Virus record (IMG/VR): IMGVR_UViG_3300038696_000123
Span: 1 to 58,178 of that record
DNA: 58,178 nt
Reading direction: 5' to 3' (one strand)
Origin: a virus
Lineage: Duplodnaviria; Caudoviricetes
This document shows positions 1 to 8,090 of this stretch, piece by piece. Both the position numbers and the translations under genes were made by a program. Every line of letters starts with the position of its first letter. Positions within the stretch are counted from its first letter, which is position 1. Under the pieces are notes generated by a model. It saw only the letters and a list, made by a program, of their open reading frames with translations. It searched no databases and was not told the origin of the DNA.

Positions 1-860
1 GTGGAGGAGCCCCAGTCAAGGCTGCGGTCGATGCGCCAGCCCCGGGGGATGAGGTGGGCCGGGAAGTTGGGCACCACGTTGGTCTTGCGGTCCCAGACGT
101 CATCGAACATGCCCCCGGCGACAATGTCCCAGGAGCCGTGGAGCCAGGCCTTGAGCTCAGCGTCGTTGCGCGCAGCAGCCCGGATGCGGCTGATGTAGTT
201 GGGGTCGCTGTCCAACAGTATCTTGTTCTCATAGATGTTGCCGTGGATCGCCATGCGCGGGGGCTCCAGCTCCCCGTCAGAGGAGCGGGCATTGACGATG
301 GGACGGCCCCGCATCAGGGGGAGGCGGTAGCGCTCCTTGACCCAGTTGTGGCCCACACCGTAGGGGTTGGTGGTGGAGCGCACGCGGGCTCGCATCGCAA
401 CGTCCGGGTGAGTGGAGCGGCAGCAGGACTGCATGATGGTGAAGCAATCGGGGGTTGCCCAGGTCGTCAGCTCCTCAAAACCAATCCAAGGATAGGCGTG
501 GCCGTGATAGGCGTTGTAGTCATCCACCCTCCGCATGTGGCGGAGCAGGAGCTGCTCGCCCCCGGGCCAGGTCCAGGTGCTGTTGGCCTCGTTGAACTTG
601 GGGGCGTTCCGCATCCGGCTGAACCACTTTTTGGACTTGCTGATCACGTCAGCCAGCTCGGGGTAGCTCTTGCGGAACAGGATGCCCCGCCACTCCTCCC
701 CGAACCCCTGGCCGGTGTCCATGGCGAAGTCCATCAGCAGCGCATCGGTCTTGCCCGGCCCCCGGGTCCCCTCATAGAGGACCTCAAAGAGCGGGCACTG
801 CAGGAATGCTGTCTGCGAGCCGGGCTGGGGAGCCCAGACAATGGGGACGTCAAGGGGCAT
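1..860 (-). CDS. terL: Terminase large subunit, N-terminal ATPase part; runs off the window start
   Basis: Translated by hand (absent from the ORF track because there is no stop in the window): MPLDVPIVWAPQPGSQTAFLQCPLFEVLYEGTRGPGKTDALL... It has a Q-motif and Walker A-like GTRGPGKT, and lies downstream of a TerS-like gene. Confidence 0.9.
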   Translation of the reverse strand, partial: MPLDVPIVWAPQPGSQTAFLQCPLFEVLYEGTRGPGKTDALLMDFAMDTGQGFGEEWRGILFRKSYPELADVISKSKKWFSRMRNAPKFNEANSTWTWPGGEQLLLRHMRRVDDYNAYHGHAYPWIGFEELTTWATPDCFTIMQSCCRSTHPDVAMRARVRSTTNPYGVGHNWVKERYRLPLMRGRPIVNARSSDGELEPPRMAIHGNIYENKILLDSDPNYISRIRAAARNDAELKAWLHGSWDIVAGGMFDDVWDRKTNVVPNFPAHLIPRGWRIDRSLDWGSS

Positions 861-861
861 A

Positions 862-1146
862 TCAGTGGAGGGCCTGCCGCATGTCGCTCATCAGCTCCCG
901 GTACAGCTCCCGGGCGTCCTGGGCGATTTCGTCCTGGTTGAACTGGTCCCCGTAGGACTGACCCAGGTACTCAGCGAGTGCTCCCCCGGCTGCCAGGACG
1001 GCCTGGGCTGTGCGTCCCTCCCCCCCCTGGTCATTCACGTTGGTGAGGGCGATGACGTTGGGCTTGATCCGGGACGCAAGGCGGACCTCCAGGAAGCGGG
1101 TGGCGTCCTTGCGCTCCATCAGTTTGATCTCAAGGTTGTCACTCAT
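862..1146 (-). CDS. Hypothetical protein (~94 aa)
   Basis: MSDNLEIKL... start with GGAG RBS; abuts terL. Confidence 0.7.
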   Translation of the reverse strand: MSDNLEIKLMERKDATRFLEVRLASRIKPNVIALTNVNDQGGEGRTAQAVLAAGGALAEYLGQSYGDQFNQDEIAQDARELYRELMSDMRQALH

Positions 1147-1622
1147 GGTTCTCTCTCCGGTGTTGTGAATACGTGCTTGGAGAGGCTCACGGGTCCAAGG
1201 GTGAACAGGCCCAGGTGCCAGGTCCACGTCGCCTCCCAGATGTAGCCCAGGGGGTCGCTCAGGCAGGGCTCTGCCCAGGGCATCTCCCAGGAGCCAGTGG
1301 CGTGCACGAGGTCATAGCGGAAGGGTCCCCCCTCATCCACGCAGGGACGCCCTAGGTTGTGCCAGGGCGTCAGGGGGCGGACCTTCTCCAGGTAGCTTAT
1401 GCGGGGACGGGGGAGGCCCAGCGCGTCCCCGGGGAATGAGCGGTACAGGACCACCTGCTGGCCGGTGATGTCCACCGCCTGCGGGCTGTACACGAGGCGG
1501 GTCACCGGGAGGACCTGGGCAGCGAGGTACAGGGCGCAGAACACAGCAAGGACCATCCAGGGCCGGGAGTTGATCACCTGCCTCGTCATATCAGCGGCAC
1601 TCCTTGTTACCTTCCCAGCCAT
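1143..1622 (-). CDS. Hypothetical protein with N-terminal membrane/signal segment
   Basis: Hydrophobic WMVLAVFCALYLAAQVLPV; ATGA overlap with the next gene; start uncertain. Confidence 0.6.
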   Translation of the reverse strand: MAGKVTRSAADMTRQVINSRPWMVLAVFCALYLAAQVLPVTRLVYSPQAVDITGQQVVLYRSFPGDALGLPRPRISYLEKVRPLTPWHNLGRPCVDEGGPFRYDLVHATGSWEMPWAEPCLSDPLGYIWEATWTWHLGLFTLGPVSLSKHVFTTPEREP

Positions 1623-1861
1623 TGTGTTACTGACTCCTTGGCCCAAGACAGGGCCTGCTCCCCGAAGAACCATAGGGCTGCGACGATTGGAGCAACCTTC
1701 AGGCACATCCCGCCCAACCAGGCGGTCATCTCAATGCTCTTGGCGAACTTCCTCAACAGGTTGTCCAGGCGCTCGTCATCCGGGGTGCGGGTGGTGGGCA
1801 CGCTCTCCAGGGCGGCAATTCGGGCCTCCAACCTCTTGAGGTAGTCATCCTGATCCGACAA
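1607..1861 (-). CDS. Small membrane protein (coiled coil plus C-terminal TM; holin/antiholin-like architecture)
   Basis: YLKRLEARIAALE coiled coil followed by hydrophobic MCLKVAPIVAALWFFG. Confidence 0.55.
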   Translation of the reverse strand: MSDQDDYLKRLEARIAALESVPTTRTPDDERLDNLLRKFAKSIEMTAWLGGMCLKVAPIVAALWFFGEQALSWAKESVTQWLGR

Positions 1862-1863
1862 TT

Positions 1864-2379
1864 TCAGTCCCCGCCTTCCTGGTTGTGCTTGTCCCCAGCG
1901 GCCTGCGCCAGGAACTCCTCAACAGTCATCTTGGGGGGAACCAGTAGCACGCCCCCGGTGATGTCTGCATCCAGCTTAATGTTGTCACGGAAGCGCTCGG
2001 GGCGGACGGCCTTGGCGAGCGTGATTGCGAGGGTGTCGCTGTGCTTGCGGATTGAGCCAACCTCCTCACCCTTGTAGAACACCGGCTCATCGTAACCCTC
2101 AATTGCGCGTCGGGCCATCTCTGTCTCAAGCCGGTCTGCGAACAGGTCCAGGCTCTCCTCCCAGAGCTCAAGCCACTCAGGCTGCCCGAGGTCGTTGAGC
2201 TCCTTGATCCGCTTGACTACGTTGTTGCCCTTGAACCCATAGGCTGAACAACTGGCGTACTTCACGCCGGTCTGCTCCACCAGCGCGCAGATGGCCTGGA
2301 ACACAGGCCAGGTGAGCTGCGATGGCCGCCCGATCCCGGACTGCTCTTGAGGTGTCTTTGGTGTATCTTGTCTTGGCAT
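1864..2379 (-). CDS. terS: Terminase small subunit
   Basis: LETEMARRAIEGYDEPVFYKGEEVG..RKHSDTL..AVRPERFRD resembles a common TerS family; first gene of the packaging operon. Confidence 0.75.
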   Translation of the reverse strand: MPRQDTPKTPQEQSGIGRPSQLTWPVFQAICALVEQTGVKYASCSAYGFKGNNVVKRIKELNDLGQPEWLELWEESLDLFADRLETEMARRAIEGYDEPVFYKGEEVGSIRKHSDTLAITLAKAVRPERFRDNIKLDADITGGVLLVPPKMTVEEFLAQAAGDKHNQEGGD

Positions 2380-2403
2380 GGTGCGAAAACTCCCGTGCGC
2401 GTG

Positions 2404-2432
2404 AGAATAGGCGCAAAACAAGATTTAGGCAA
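2404..2432 (-). promoter_or_regulatory. Sigma70-like promoter upstream of terS
   Basis: Minus strand TTGCCT-N17-TATTCT. Confidence 0.55.
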
Positions 2433-2456
2433 TCCCCAGCCCATCCGACACACCGG

Positions 2457-2735
2457 AGCGGAACGGCTTTCTTAACTTAGCCCAGGAGACAGGCGGCAAG
2501 TCGTTCCGCATAACCAGTTGACCAGCAAGGCAAAACTTAACTTACTTAACTTTCTTAACTTAATTAGGGGAGGGCAGTCTTAACTTCCCTGTCGGGCGAA
2601 GTGAAACCAACCTAAGAAGGTTAAGAAAGTTAAGACGAATGCGGATTGTACTTTGGGCTCATACACTTATGCGTCTTAACTAGGCACAGAACAGGCACCC
2701 TGAAGTTAAGACGGCACACCGCTAAGTTAAGACGG
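2457..2735. repeat. Duplicated iteron-like non-coding element, copy A
   Basis: AT-rich; about 10 TCTTAACTT/AAGTTAAGA(CG) boxes in both orientations; ungapped alignment with 38114-38392. Confidence 0.92.
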
Positions 2736-2754
2736 CACACTGGGCAGCGTCCAC

Positions 2755-3099
2755 TCACCCCGTCTTATCTTCATGTGCCTCAAGCACCTCAGCCCAGGAG
2801 GCATACGCCTCGCCCCGGGGGTCAAGGTCATCAAACCGCGCAGCCCGGAGGCGCTCAGCAACCTGCATGATCTGGTTGTCCTCGCCCTCCCGCCGGAGGA
2901 CGGCCATGAGCCCCGCGCACTGTTGGGGCCGCTCGCCCGGGGCCGATGATCCCTCATCGGTCCAGGCGAGCGTCTTGTGGCACAGGAAGGCGCTCCCGGT
3001 CCTGATCTCCTCCAGCCTCCCCGGGTCCAGCCGGAACGCCTCACCCTGCCCCCGCCGGAACGGACAGTTGACACACGGTCGCTTCAGGTCAAACATCAC
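2755..3099 (-). CDS. Cys-rich putative metal-binding phage protein
   Basis: PCVNCPF...FLCHKT...QCAG pattern. Confidence 0.7.
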   Translation of the reverse strand: MMFDLKRPCVNCPFRRGQGEAFRLDPGRLEEIRTGSAFLCHKTLAWTDEGSSAPGERPQQCAGLMAVLRREGEDNQIMQVAERLRAARFDDLDPRGEAYASWAEVLEAHEDKTG

Positions 3100-3470
3100 T
3101 CCTCCTCCCGCGTGAAGCGGCCATCCTCAAACATCGCCCTGGGCCGGGCCCACAGGCCCCCGTCCTCTCCCCTGTAGACAGTCAGCTCCTCCAGCGTCTC
3201 GCTGTGTCGGGCCGTCCCCAGGCGCTCGTATAGTCCGCCCTTCTTGTGTCTCCAGAGGTCGCGGGCCTCCTCCTGATGGTGCTTCACCCGGGCGATGAGG
3301 AAGGACAGGGAGGGGCTGGACTCAGCCACGCAGCCGCATACAGTGGAGCGGCAGTGCATCACGCCCCGGGCGCACCCGGGGTAGTCAGTCTGCTCCTGGT
3401 CGAGCAGCGCCCGGGCAACTGCATACATCCACTTCATGACAGAACCTGCCGCAGGCCCTTCACGCGTCAC
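3096..3470 (-). CDS. DUF1653-like domain protein
   Basis: C-terminal WRHKKGGLY...ARHSETLEELTVYR...LWARPRAMFEDGRF. Confidence 0.75.
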   Translation of the reverse strand: MTREGPAAGSVMKWMYAVARALLDQEQTDYPGCARGVMHCRSTVCGCVAESSPSLSFLIARVKHHQEEARDLWRHKKGGLYERLGTARHSETLEELTVYRGEDGGLWARPRAMFEDGRFTREEE

Positions 3471-3744
3471 CGCCCTTCATGAGGTTGTCCCGCAGGGCGT
3501 CAACCCCCTCCTCCCGCACCAGGGCACGGACCAGCTCAGCCGTTGAGTCAGGCCGGGTGTCGGCCAGCACGATCCTGTCCGGGAGGTCCTCCACTGAGAA
3601 GTGGGTCAGCTCTCCGAAGCTCCGGGCGCTGTCGGCCAGGCCGTCAATCTCCTCCCACATGGACCGGAACCCGGCGATGTCCAGCATGCTCTCGTCAATC
3701 GGGGCCTCCACGCGCATCGTCAGCGTCATCTTCTTCAGAGCCAT
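3460..3744 (-). CDS. Hypothetical protein, paralog of 3812-4000
   Basis: MALKKMTL start; GLADSARSFGELTHFSVEDLPDR segment shared with its neighbour. Confidence 0.65.
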   Translation of the reverse strand: MALKKMTLTMRVEAPIDESMLDIAGFRSMWEEIDGLADSARSFGELTHFSVEDLPDRIVLADTRPDSTAELVRALVREEGVDALRDNLMKGGDA

Positions 3745-3811
3745 TTTGAACCCCCCAGCGCCCACACGAGGGCCTTGAAGCAGGCCACGGCCCACATCCA
3801 AATCTTGCGCA

Positions 3812-4000
3812 TCATTCCTTCTCCTTCACATTGACCACGGCCCCGCCCAGGGAGGCCGGGCGCTCCGGGAGGCCCTCAGCGGAGAAGGCGTCAAGCCTCC
3901 CCAGCGCCTGGGCCCCGTCCGCAACGCCTGTGAGCCAGGCCCTGACCTGGGCCTCCATGCCCTCGCTGACCTCCAGCTCCACTCTCAGTTTGACCTTCAT
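3812..4000 (-). CDS. Hypothetical protein, paralog of 3460-3744
   Basis: GGAGG RBS; GVADGAQALGRLDAFSAEGLPER segment. Confidence 0.65.
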   Translation of the reverse strand: MKVKLRVELEVSEGMEAQVRAWLTGVADGAQALGRLDAFSAEGLPERPASLGGAVVNVKEKE

Positions 4001-4002
4001 CG

Positions 4003-4167
4003 TCAGCGCCTCCCGGCCTCAATTATCAGGAGGAGGGCCACCAGGCCCCCCATCCCCATTGCCGCCCACTCCGGCACCGCTGGGACAAGCTCCAGCAGGC
4101 CCCGCCCGAGCGTGTAGGCGGACGTGCTCCAGATGAGCACTGCGCAGATGCGCTGCTTGTTGCTCAC
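4003..4167 (-). CDS. Small two-TM membrane protein (54 aa, below the ORF-track cutoff)
   Basis: Hand translation MSNKQRICAVLIWSTSAYTLGRGLLELVPAVPEWAAMGMGGLVALLLIIEAGRR; GTGA overlap; fills the gap. Confidence 0.6.
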   Translation of the reverse strand: MSNKQRICAVLIWSTSAYTLGRGLLELVPAVPEWAAMGMGGLVALLLIIEAGRR

Positions 4168-4697
4168 CCTGCACCTCCCTGGGAGAAGTGTGCGAACACG
4201 GCCCTCAGCTCAGCCTCAACGTGGGGCGGGGGAGGGCCCATGCCCTCGGGAGGGAGGAGGCGCATCATGCGCCCGGTCATTGTGCCGTCCCCACCCCAGT
4301 CCGGGTCAGAACACGCCGCCAGCTTCCCGTCGCGTGCGATCCGGCTGATGAGGCCCCAGGCCCCGGAGCGGGTCACCCCGTTGACCACGATGACCTCGCT
4401 GCGGTCCTCGCAGTCCGCCGGTGCGCGCCTGTCCTGGTCGTCAATCTCCCGGGTCACCGTCCAGGCCTCGCTCACCTGGATGTAGGACGTGACCTGCTTC
4501 CACGCAAAGAACAGCGTCACGTAGCGGAGTGTCCGCACCTTGTCCTCCTCGCTGTCCCAGGGCGTCCCCATAATGAACACCTCCCCGGCGTCGTTGAAGC
4601 CGATGAAGCAGGGCAACAGGTCCTCGCCCCGCTCAACCTCCTCCACGCTCTTGGCCATCTGCTTGCGCATGGCCTCCTTCATCTCACTCGCATCCAT
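4164..4697 (-). CDS. Hypothetical protein
   Basis: 177-aa ORF with genome-typical codon usage and RBS. Confidence 0.7.
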   Translation of the reverse strand: MDASEMKEAMRKQMAKSVEEVERGEDLLPCFIGFNDAGEVFIMGTPWDSEEDKVRTLRYVTLFFAWKQVTSYIQVSEAWTVTREIDDQDRRAPADCEDRSEVIVVNGVTRSGAWGLISRIARDGKLAACSDPDWGGDGTMTGRMMRLLPPEGMGPPPPHVEAELRAVFAHFSQGGAG

Positions 4698-4899
4698 TGC
4701 CGTCTCTCCTCTGGTTCCAGTGGGGGTACAGCTGCACCCCTGTTATCTTGAAGCCAACCCGGGTCCTGAGGCGCTTGCCCAGGGCGTCCCGGACGGCCTC
4801 CTCAGCGTCCACCATCAGGGTGTCCCCGGGGAGCGCAACAACGTAGTCACGCCGCTCCTCCCGGATGAGGAGGAACGCCCTCAGCTTGACGTGTCTCAT
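4684..4899 (-). CDS. Hypothetical protein
   Basis: Overlaps neighbours in the operon. Confidence 0.5.
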   Translation of the reverse strand: MRHVKLRAFLLIREERRDYVVALPGDTLMVDAEEAVRDALGKRLRTRVGFKITGVQLYPHWNQRRDGNGCE

Positions 4900-5282
4900 G
4901 TCACCACCTCCCCTTCACCGCCAAAGCGGTTCACCAGGGACGCAAGGCGGGCTGCCCGCTCCTGCCCGAGGTCCGCCCGGGAGAAGGTCCTGGACCCCCG
5001 CTTGATCCCGTCGAGGCCCCCGATGTCTGCCCAGTCCTGGACAGCCTCCGGGCTCCCCCAGCAGCCAAGTCCCCGGGCGGGGAAGGCGTTGTACAGCATG
5101 TTGGCGTAGTGCCACAGCAGCGTCACGTTCTCATCGTCTGCCTTGCCCACGGCCCCCACCAGGTCATTCTCAAGGACGGCCTGGAGGAAGCTGCCGGGGA
5201 CAACCCCGTTGTCCCGGAAGCGGGTGACGCCCCCGCGCATGCGCTCGGGGAGGGCATTGAGGTATTCAGTCAGGTCATTCAT
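4896..5282 (-). CDS. Hypothetical phage protein
   Basis: MNDLTEY start after AGAAATGGAG leader; PGSFLQAVLENDL...CWGS motif. Confidence 0.7.
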   Translation of the reverse strand: MNDLTEYLNALPERMRGGVTRFRDNGVVPGSFLQAVLENDLVGAVGKADDENVTLLWHYANMLYNAFPARGLGCWGSPEAVQDWADIGGLDGIKRGSRTFSRADLGQERAARLASLVNRFGGEGEVVT

Positions 5283-5319
5283 TTCTGTGCTCCATTTCTG
5301 TGTAAGGTTGCCCGGGGAA

Positions 5320-5348
5320 AACATACCCCGCCCCGGGCCTCGGTTCAA
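5320..5348 (-). promoter_or_regulatory. Sigma70-like promoter
   Basis: TTGAAC-N17-TATGTT in an intergenic gap. Confidence 0.5.
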
Positions 5349-5352
5349 ACAT

Positions 5353-6564
5353 CTAGGCTTGGGCCCCCTCCTTCACCTTTGCGCGGGTCAGCTGCGTCTC
5401 GGGGACGCCCTGGAACTCGCTGTGGCCCTTCACGGTGGCGTCCATGACGTACTGTCCGCCGGGCTCCAGGTCCGCCCCGCCGGAGCTGAACCAGCACATC
5501 ACGTTGCCGGAGGCGTCGTGGAACTTGTACAGGATGGTCGTGCCCCACTGGCTCTCAATCCCCCGGGCGCTGTCGCACCGCAGCTGGAGGCCCCGGAGGC
5601 GCTCGCCCTGCTCCCCCACGTGGCGGGAGGTTACAGCAACCGCAGCCGCCCTCTGGCGCTCTGCCAGCTTCCCGAGGTGCTGCTGGTAGGCGGCCACGGC
5701 TGAGCAGGCGATGCCCCTGCGGACAGCGGGGACAGAGCCGGGGGCCAGGATCATGCGGACGTTGTGGATGTACTCGCTGTCCCCGCTCTCCTCCTCATCT
5801 GCGATCCACTCCATGACTTCCCGGGAGTTGTCCCAGTCTGCCTGGGTGATGGAGGCGCGCATCAGGTCCCGGTCCTTCAGGCCCTGCTTGTCGCTGGGGG
5901 AGCAGTAGAACCAGGGGCTGATCGCCCAGGCGGTCGGTTGCCCGGCCTCCTCGGGGGCGCTCTTGGGCACCCATCCCCAGAGCCGGATTGCTACAGACGT
6001 GACGGCCAGCAGCTCCTCAGCGCTGTCCGGGACCGGAGCGCCTGCAGTCATCCCGTAGTCATCACTGAGCTCCCGCAGCTCGCTGATCCACCGGAAGCGG
6101 GCAGCCACAGACGCGGGGGTGTCGGTGCCCATGAAGTCCCGGAGACAGGTGCGCCCAACCTGGACCAGCTGTCCCTCCGGGTCCCGGACCACGAACAGGT
6201 GCTTGCGGGGGCGGTCGTGCTGGCAGTGCTCGCAGGCGTTGCTGGCCTCCCGGAAGCGCTTGGGCAGCTCCTCCCCCGGGATGCTGTCGATGATCGTGCC
6301 CGCGTCGGTGATCTCAAGCCGGGCGATGAACTGGAAGTCCCCAACGCGGGGGGCCTCAACGTGGCTGAGGTTGAGGTCAACGTACATGACCTTGACCTCC
6401 CTCCCGTCCGGGGTCCGCACCTTCTCCTCCCGGGGCTCCCCGAGGGTCCAAGTGACCGGCTCTGCGCCGTAGCGCACCGCCTTCTTGTTGAGCTTCTCCA
6501 GGGCGTCCACGGCCTCGGGGAGGCGGGACTGGACGATGCTGATGGTGTTGATGTCGGTGTCCAT
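5353..6564 (-). CDS. Phage protein with Cys motif and C-terminal OB-fold-like domain
   Basis: CEHC...VGRTC..DF; C-terminal HVGEQGER...ATVKGHSEFQGVPETQLTR. Confidence 0.75.
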   Translation of the reverse strand: MDTDINTISIVQSRLPEAVDALEKLNKKAVRYGAEPVTWTLGEPREEKVRTPDGREVKVMYVDLNLSHVEAPRVGDFQFIARLEITDAGTIIDSIPGEELPKRFREASNACEHCQHDRPRKHLFVVRDPEGQLVQVGRTCLRDFMGTDTPASVAARFRWISELRELSDDYGMTAGAPVPDSAEELLAVTSVAIRLWGWVPKSAPEEAGQPTAWAISPWFYCSPSDKQGLKDRDLMRASITQADWDNSREVMEWIADEEESGDSEYIHNVRMILAPGSVPAVRRGIACSAVAAYQQHLGKLAERQRAAAVAVTSRHVGEQGERLRGLQLRCDSARGIESQWGTTILYKFHDASGNVMCWFSSGGADLEPGGQYVMDATVKGHSEFQGVPETQLTRAKVKEGAQA

Positions 6565-6567
6565 GAC

Positions 6568-6807
6568 TCAGCCCCAAACCCAGGTTGTTTCAGCGGTGAC
6601 TTCATCTCCGGGCTCGCCTGTACAATACCAAGAGCCCTCCAGCTCCCCCTCGGGGATGTCCGCCCGGGAGGCGTTGGGGGCGAGGTACTCAAACGGGGCA
6701 CCCATGGGGCCGTCCAGGACGTAGCAGAAGCCGTCCTGAATGAAGCCGTCATCGGTGCGGGCCTTCGTGAGGGCCTCAAGCGGGGTGAGGGTGGGTGCCT
6801 TAGTCAT
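6568..6807 (-). CDS. Hypothetical protein
   Basis: First gene after promoter cassette copy 1. Confidence 0.65.
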   Translation of the reverse strand: MTKAPTLTPLEALTKARTDDGFIQDGFCYVLDGPMGAPFEYLAPNASRADIPEGELEGSWYCTGEPGDEVTAETTWVWG

Positions 6808-6810
6808 TTC

Positions 6811-6900
6811 GTTCTCCATTTCTGCGCCCGGACCATCCGGGGATAAGTCCTAACTAACAACGCCCCGGGGATAAGTCAAGCCCCCTCGGGCAACTTTCTT
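6811..6900 (-). promoter_or_regulatory. Repeated promoter/operator/leader cassette, copy 1
   Basis: TTGACT-N17-TAGTTA; two GACTTATCCCCGG repeats 28 bp apart; CCCGG-N5-CCGGG hairpin; AGAAATGGAG RBS. Confidence 0.8.
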
Positions 6901-6902
6901 GC

Positions 6903-8090
6903 TCAGAAGGGCGTTTTATCCTCCGGGCTGGAGGGCTCCGGCTCCGGGAGGCCCATCGACACAGCCACCAGCTTCTGAAACAAGAAGGTCTGGAGCGCCC
7001 GGGACTCATCCCTAAATCCGTGGGCTTTGTGGAGCCACTCCTCGTACAGGGTCGCCACCACTGTCTCCAGGCCGCAGTCCAGGGTCGATGCCGCAAGGAA
7101 CACCTGGCCCCGCTCCTGGTGCCAGAGGCCCATGACGCCCGGCCCAAGGCTCTCAACCACCTCCACGTCCTCCGGGCTCAGGGACGCCCCGAGCCGGAAC
7201 AGGTGGGGGAAGGCCTGGAGGAACATGCCCTGCGCCTCCTCTCCCAGGCGGGCAGGCGGGAACACGCCCCGCTGCTGGAGGTCGCGGTCAACCACCCGCC
7301 GGGCAGCATTGCTGGAGGTCATGTTGGTGTAGGTCGCGGCAGCCGCGTCCAGGAACTCCTTTGATGGCGTCCCGCACATCGTGAAGTCCAACTGCTGGTC
7401 CCATCGGTCCCCCTTGGCGAGGAGCTGGGCGTGGATGCCCCGGTGCGGGAGGCGGGGGATGAGCTGGGACAGCTTCCACTGGACGGTGTACTGGCTCTCA
7501 AATGTCCGGTCCTCAGTGAGGGTCATCGGGCACAGGAGGTTGTAGATGAACATCAGCTCCTCCGGGAGGGTCCCGGCCCTCACGCCCCTGTAGAACACGC
7601 TGCGCGTCGGGCCAGGGTGGACCTCCAGGAACTCGTTGGCCGCAATCGGCTTGCTGTCGATGAAGATGGACCCCCGGTTGTTGTACTCCCGCTGGATGGC
7701 CTCGCCCTCCACGGCGATGACGGTGTCAGCCGTCTGCTCCCGGTCAGTGATCTCCCCGGCCTCGTCAAGGGTGTTGCTGTGAAGCTCCCTGTACGCCTGC
7801 CAGACCTCCCAGTTGCGCCCGAGGTCGGTGGTGAAGGCCAGGGCCTCCTCCCCCATGAACACGCGCTGGACCTGCTTGCCGCGCACCAGGGCGTCCCGGG
7901 CGGTGAACTCCAGGACCTCTCCGCCCCTGCGGAGCTCAACCCGGTGCCCGGTCCTGAGCAGGGTACTCAGCGCAAACTTGAGCCCCGTCCCGAAGTATCC
8001 AATGGGGTTGTCCCCAGTCTTGACGGACACGCCCATCACCCGGATCACGTCCAGGTCGATGAGCCCCGCATTGGCGAAATAAACAGTCAT
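6903..8090 (-). CDS. GHKL (HATPase_c/MORC-like) ATPase-domain protein
   Basis: IGYFGTGLK G-box; RELHSNTLD N-box-like; C-terminal TLYEEWLH (degenerate zincin). Confidence 0.7.
   Translation of the reverse strand: MTVYFANAGLIDLDVIRVMGVSVKTGDNPIGYFGTGLKFALSTLLRTGHRVELRRGGEVLEFTARDALVRGKQVQRVFMGEEALAFTTDLGRNWEVWQAYRELHSNTLDEAGEITDREQTADTVIAVEGEAIQREYNNRGSIFIDSKPIAANEFLEVHPGPTRSVFYRGVRAGTLPEELMFIYNLLCPMTLTEDRTFESQYTVQWKLSQLIPRLPHRGIHAQLLAKGDRWDQQLDFTMCGTPSKEFLDAAAATYTNMTSSNAARRVVDRDLQQRGVFPPARLGEEAQGMFLQAFPHLFRLGASLSPEDVEVVESLGPGVMGLWHQERGQVFLAASTLDCGLETVVATLYEEWLHKAHGFRDESRALQTFLFQKLVAVSMGLPEPEPSSPEDKTPF

Noticed and set aside
54-941. Long plus-strand ORFs here and elsewhere (e.g. 5764-6846, 22168-23442, 31344-32729, 36857-38170, 51261-52790)
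   Set aside because: They are antisense shadows of GC3-rich minus-strand genes, with no motifs or RBS.
2535-2640. TTAA pairs as CtrA boxes
   Set aside because: The spacing is TTAA-N5-TTAA, not the canonical TTAA-N7-TTAA.
2457-2735. Mini-CRISPR array, terminal repeat or assembly duplication
   Set aside because: The boxes are about 9-11 bp, in both orientations and irregularly spaced. The two copies are internal and diverged in their spacers.
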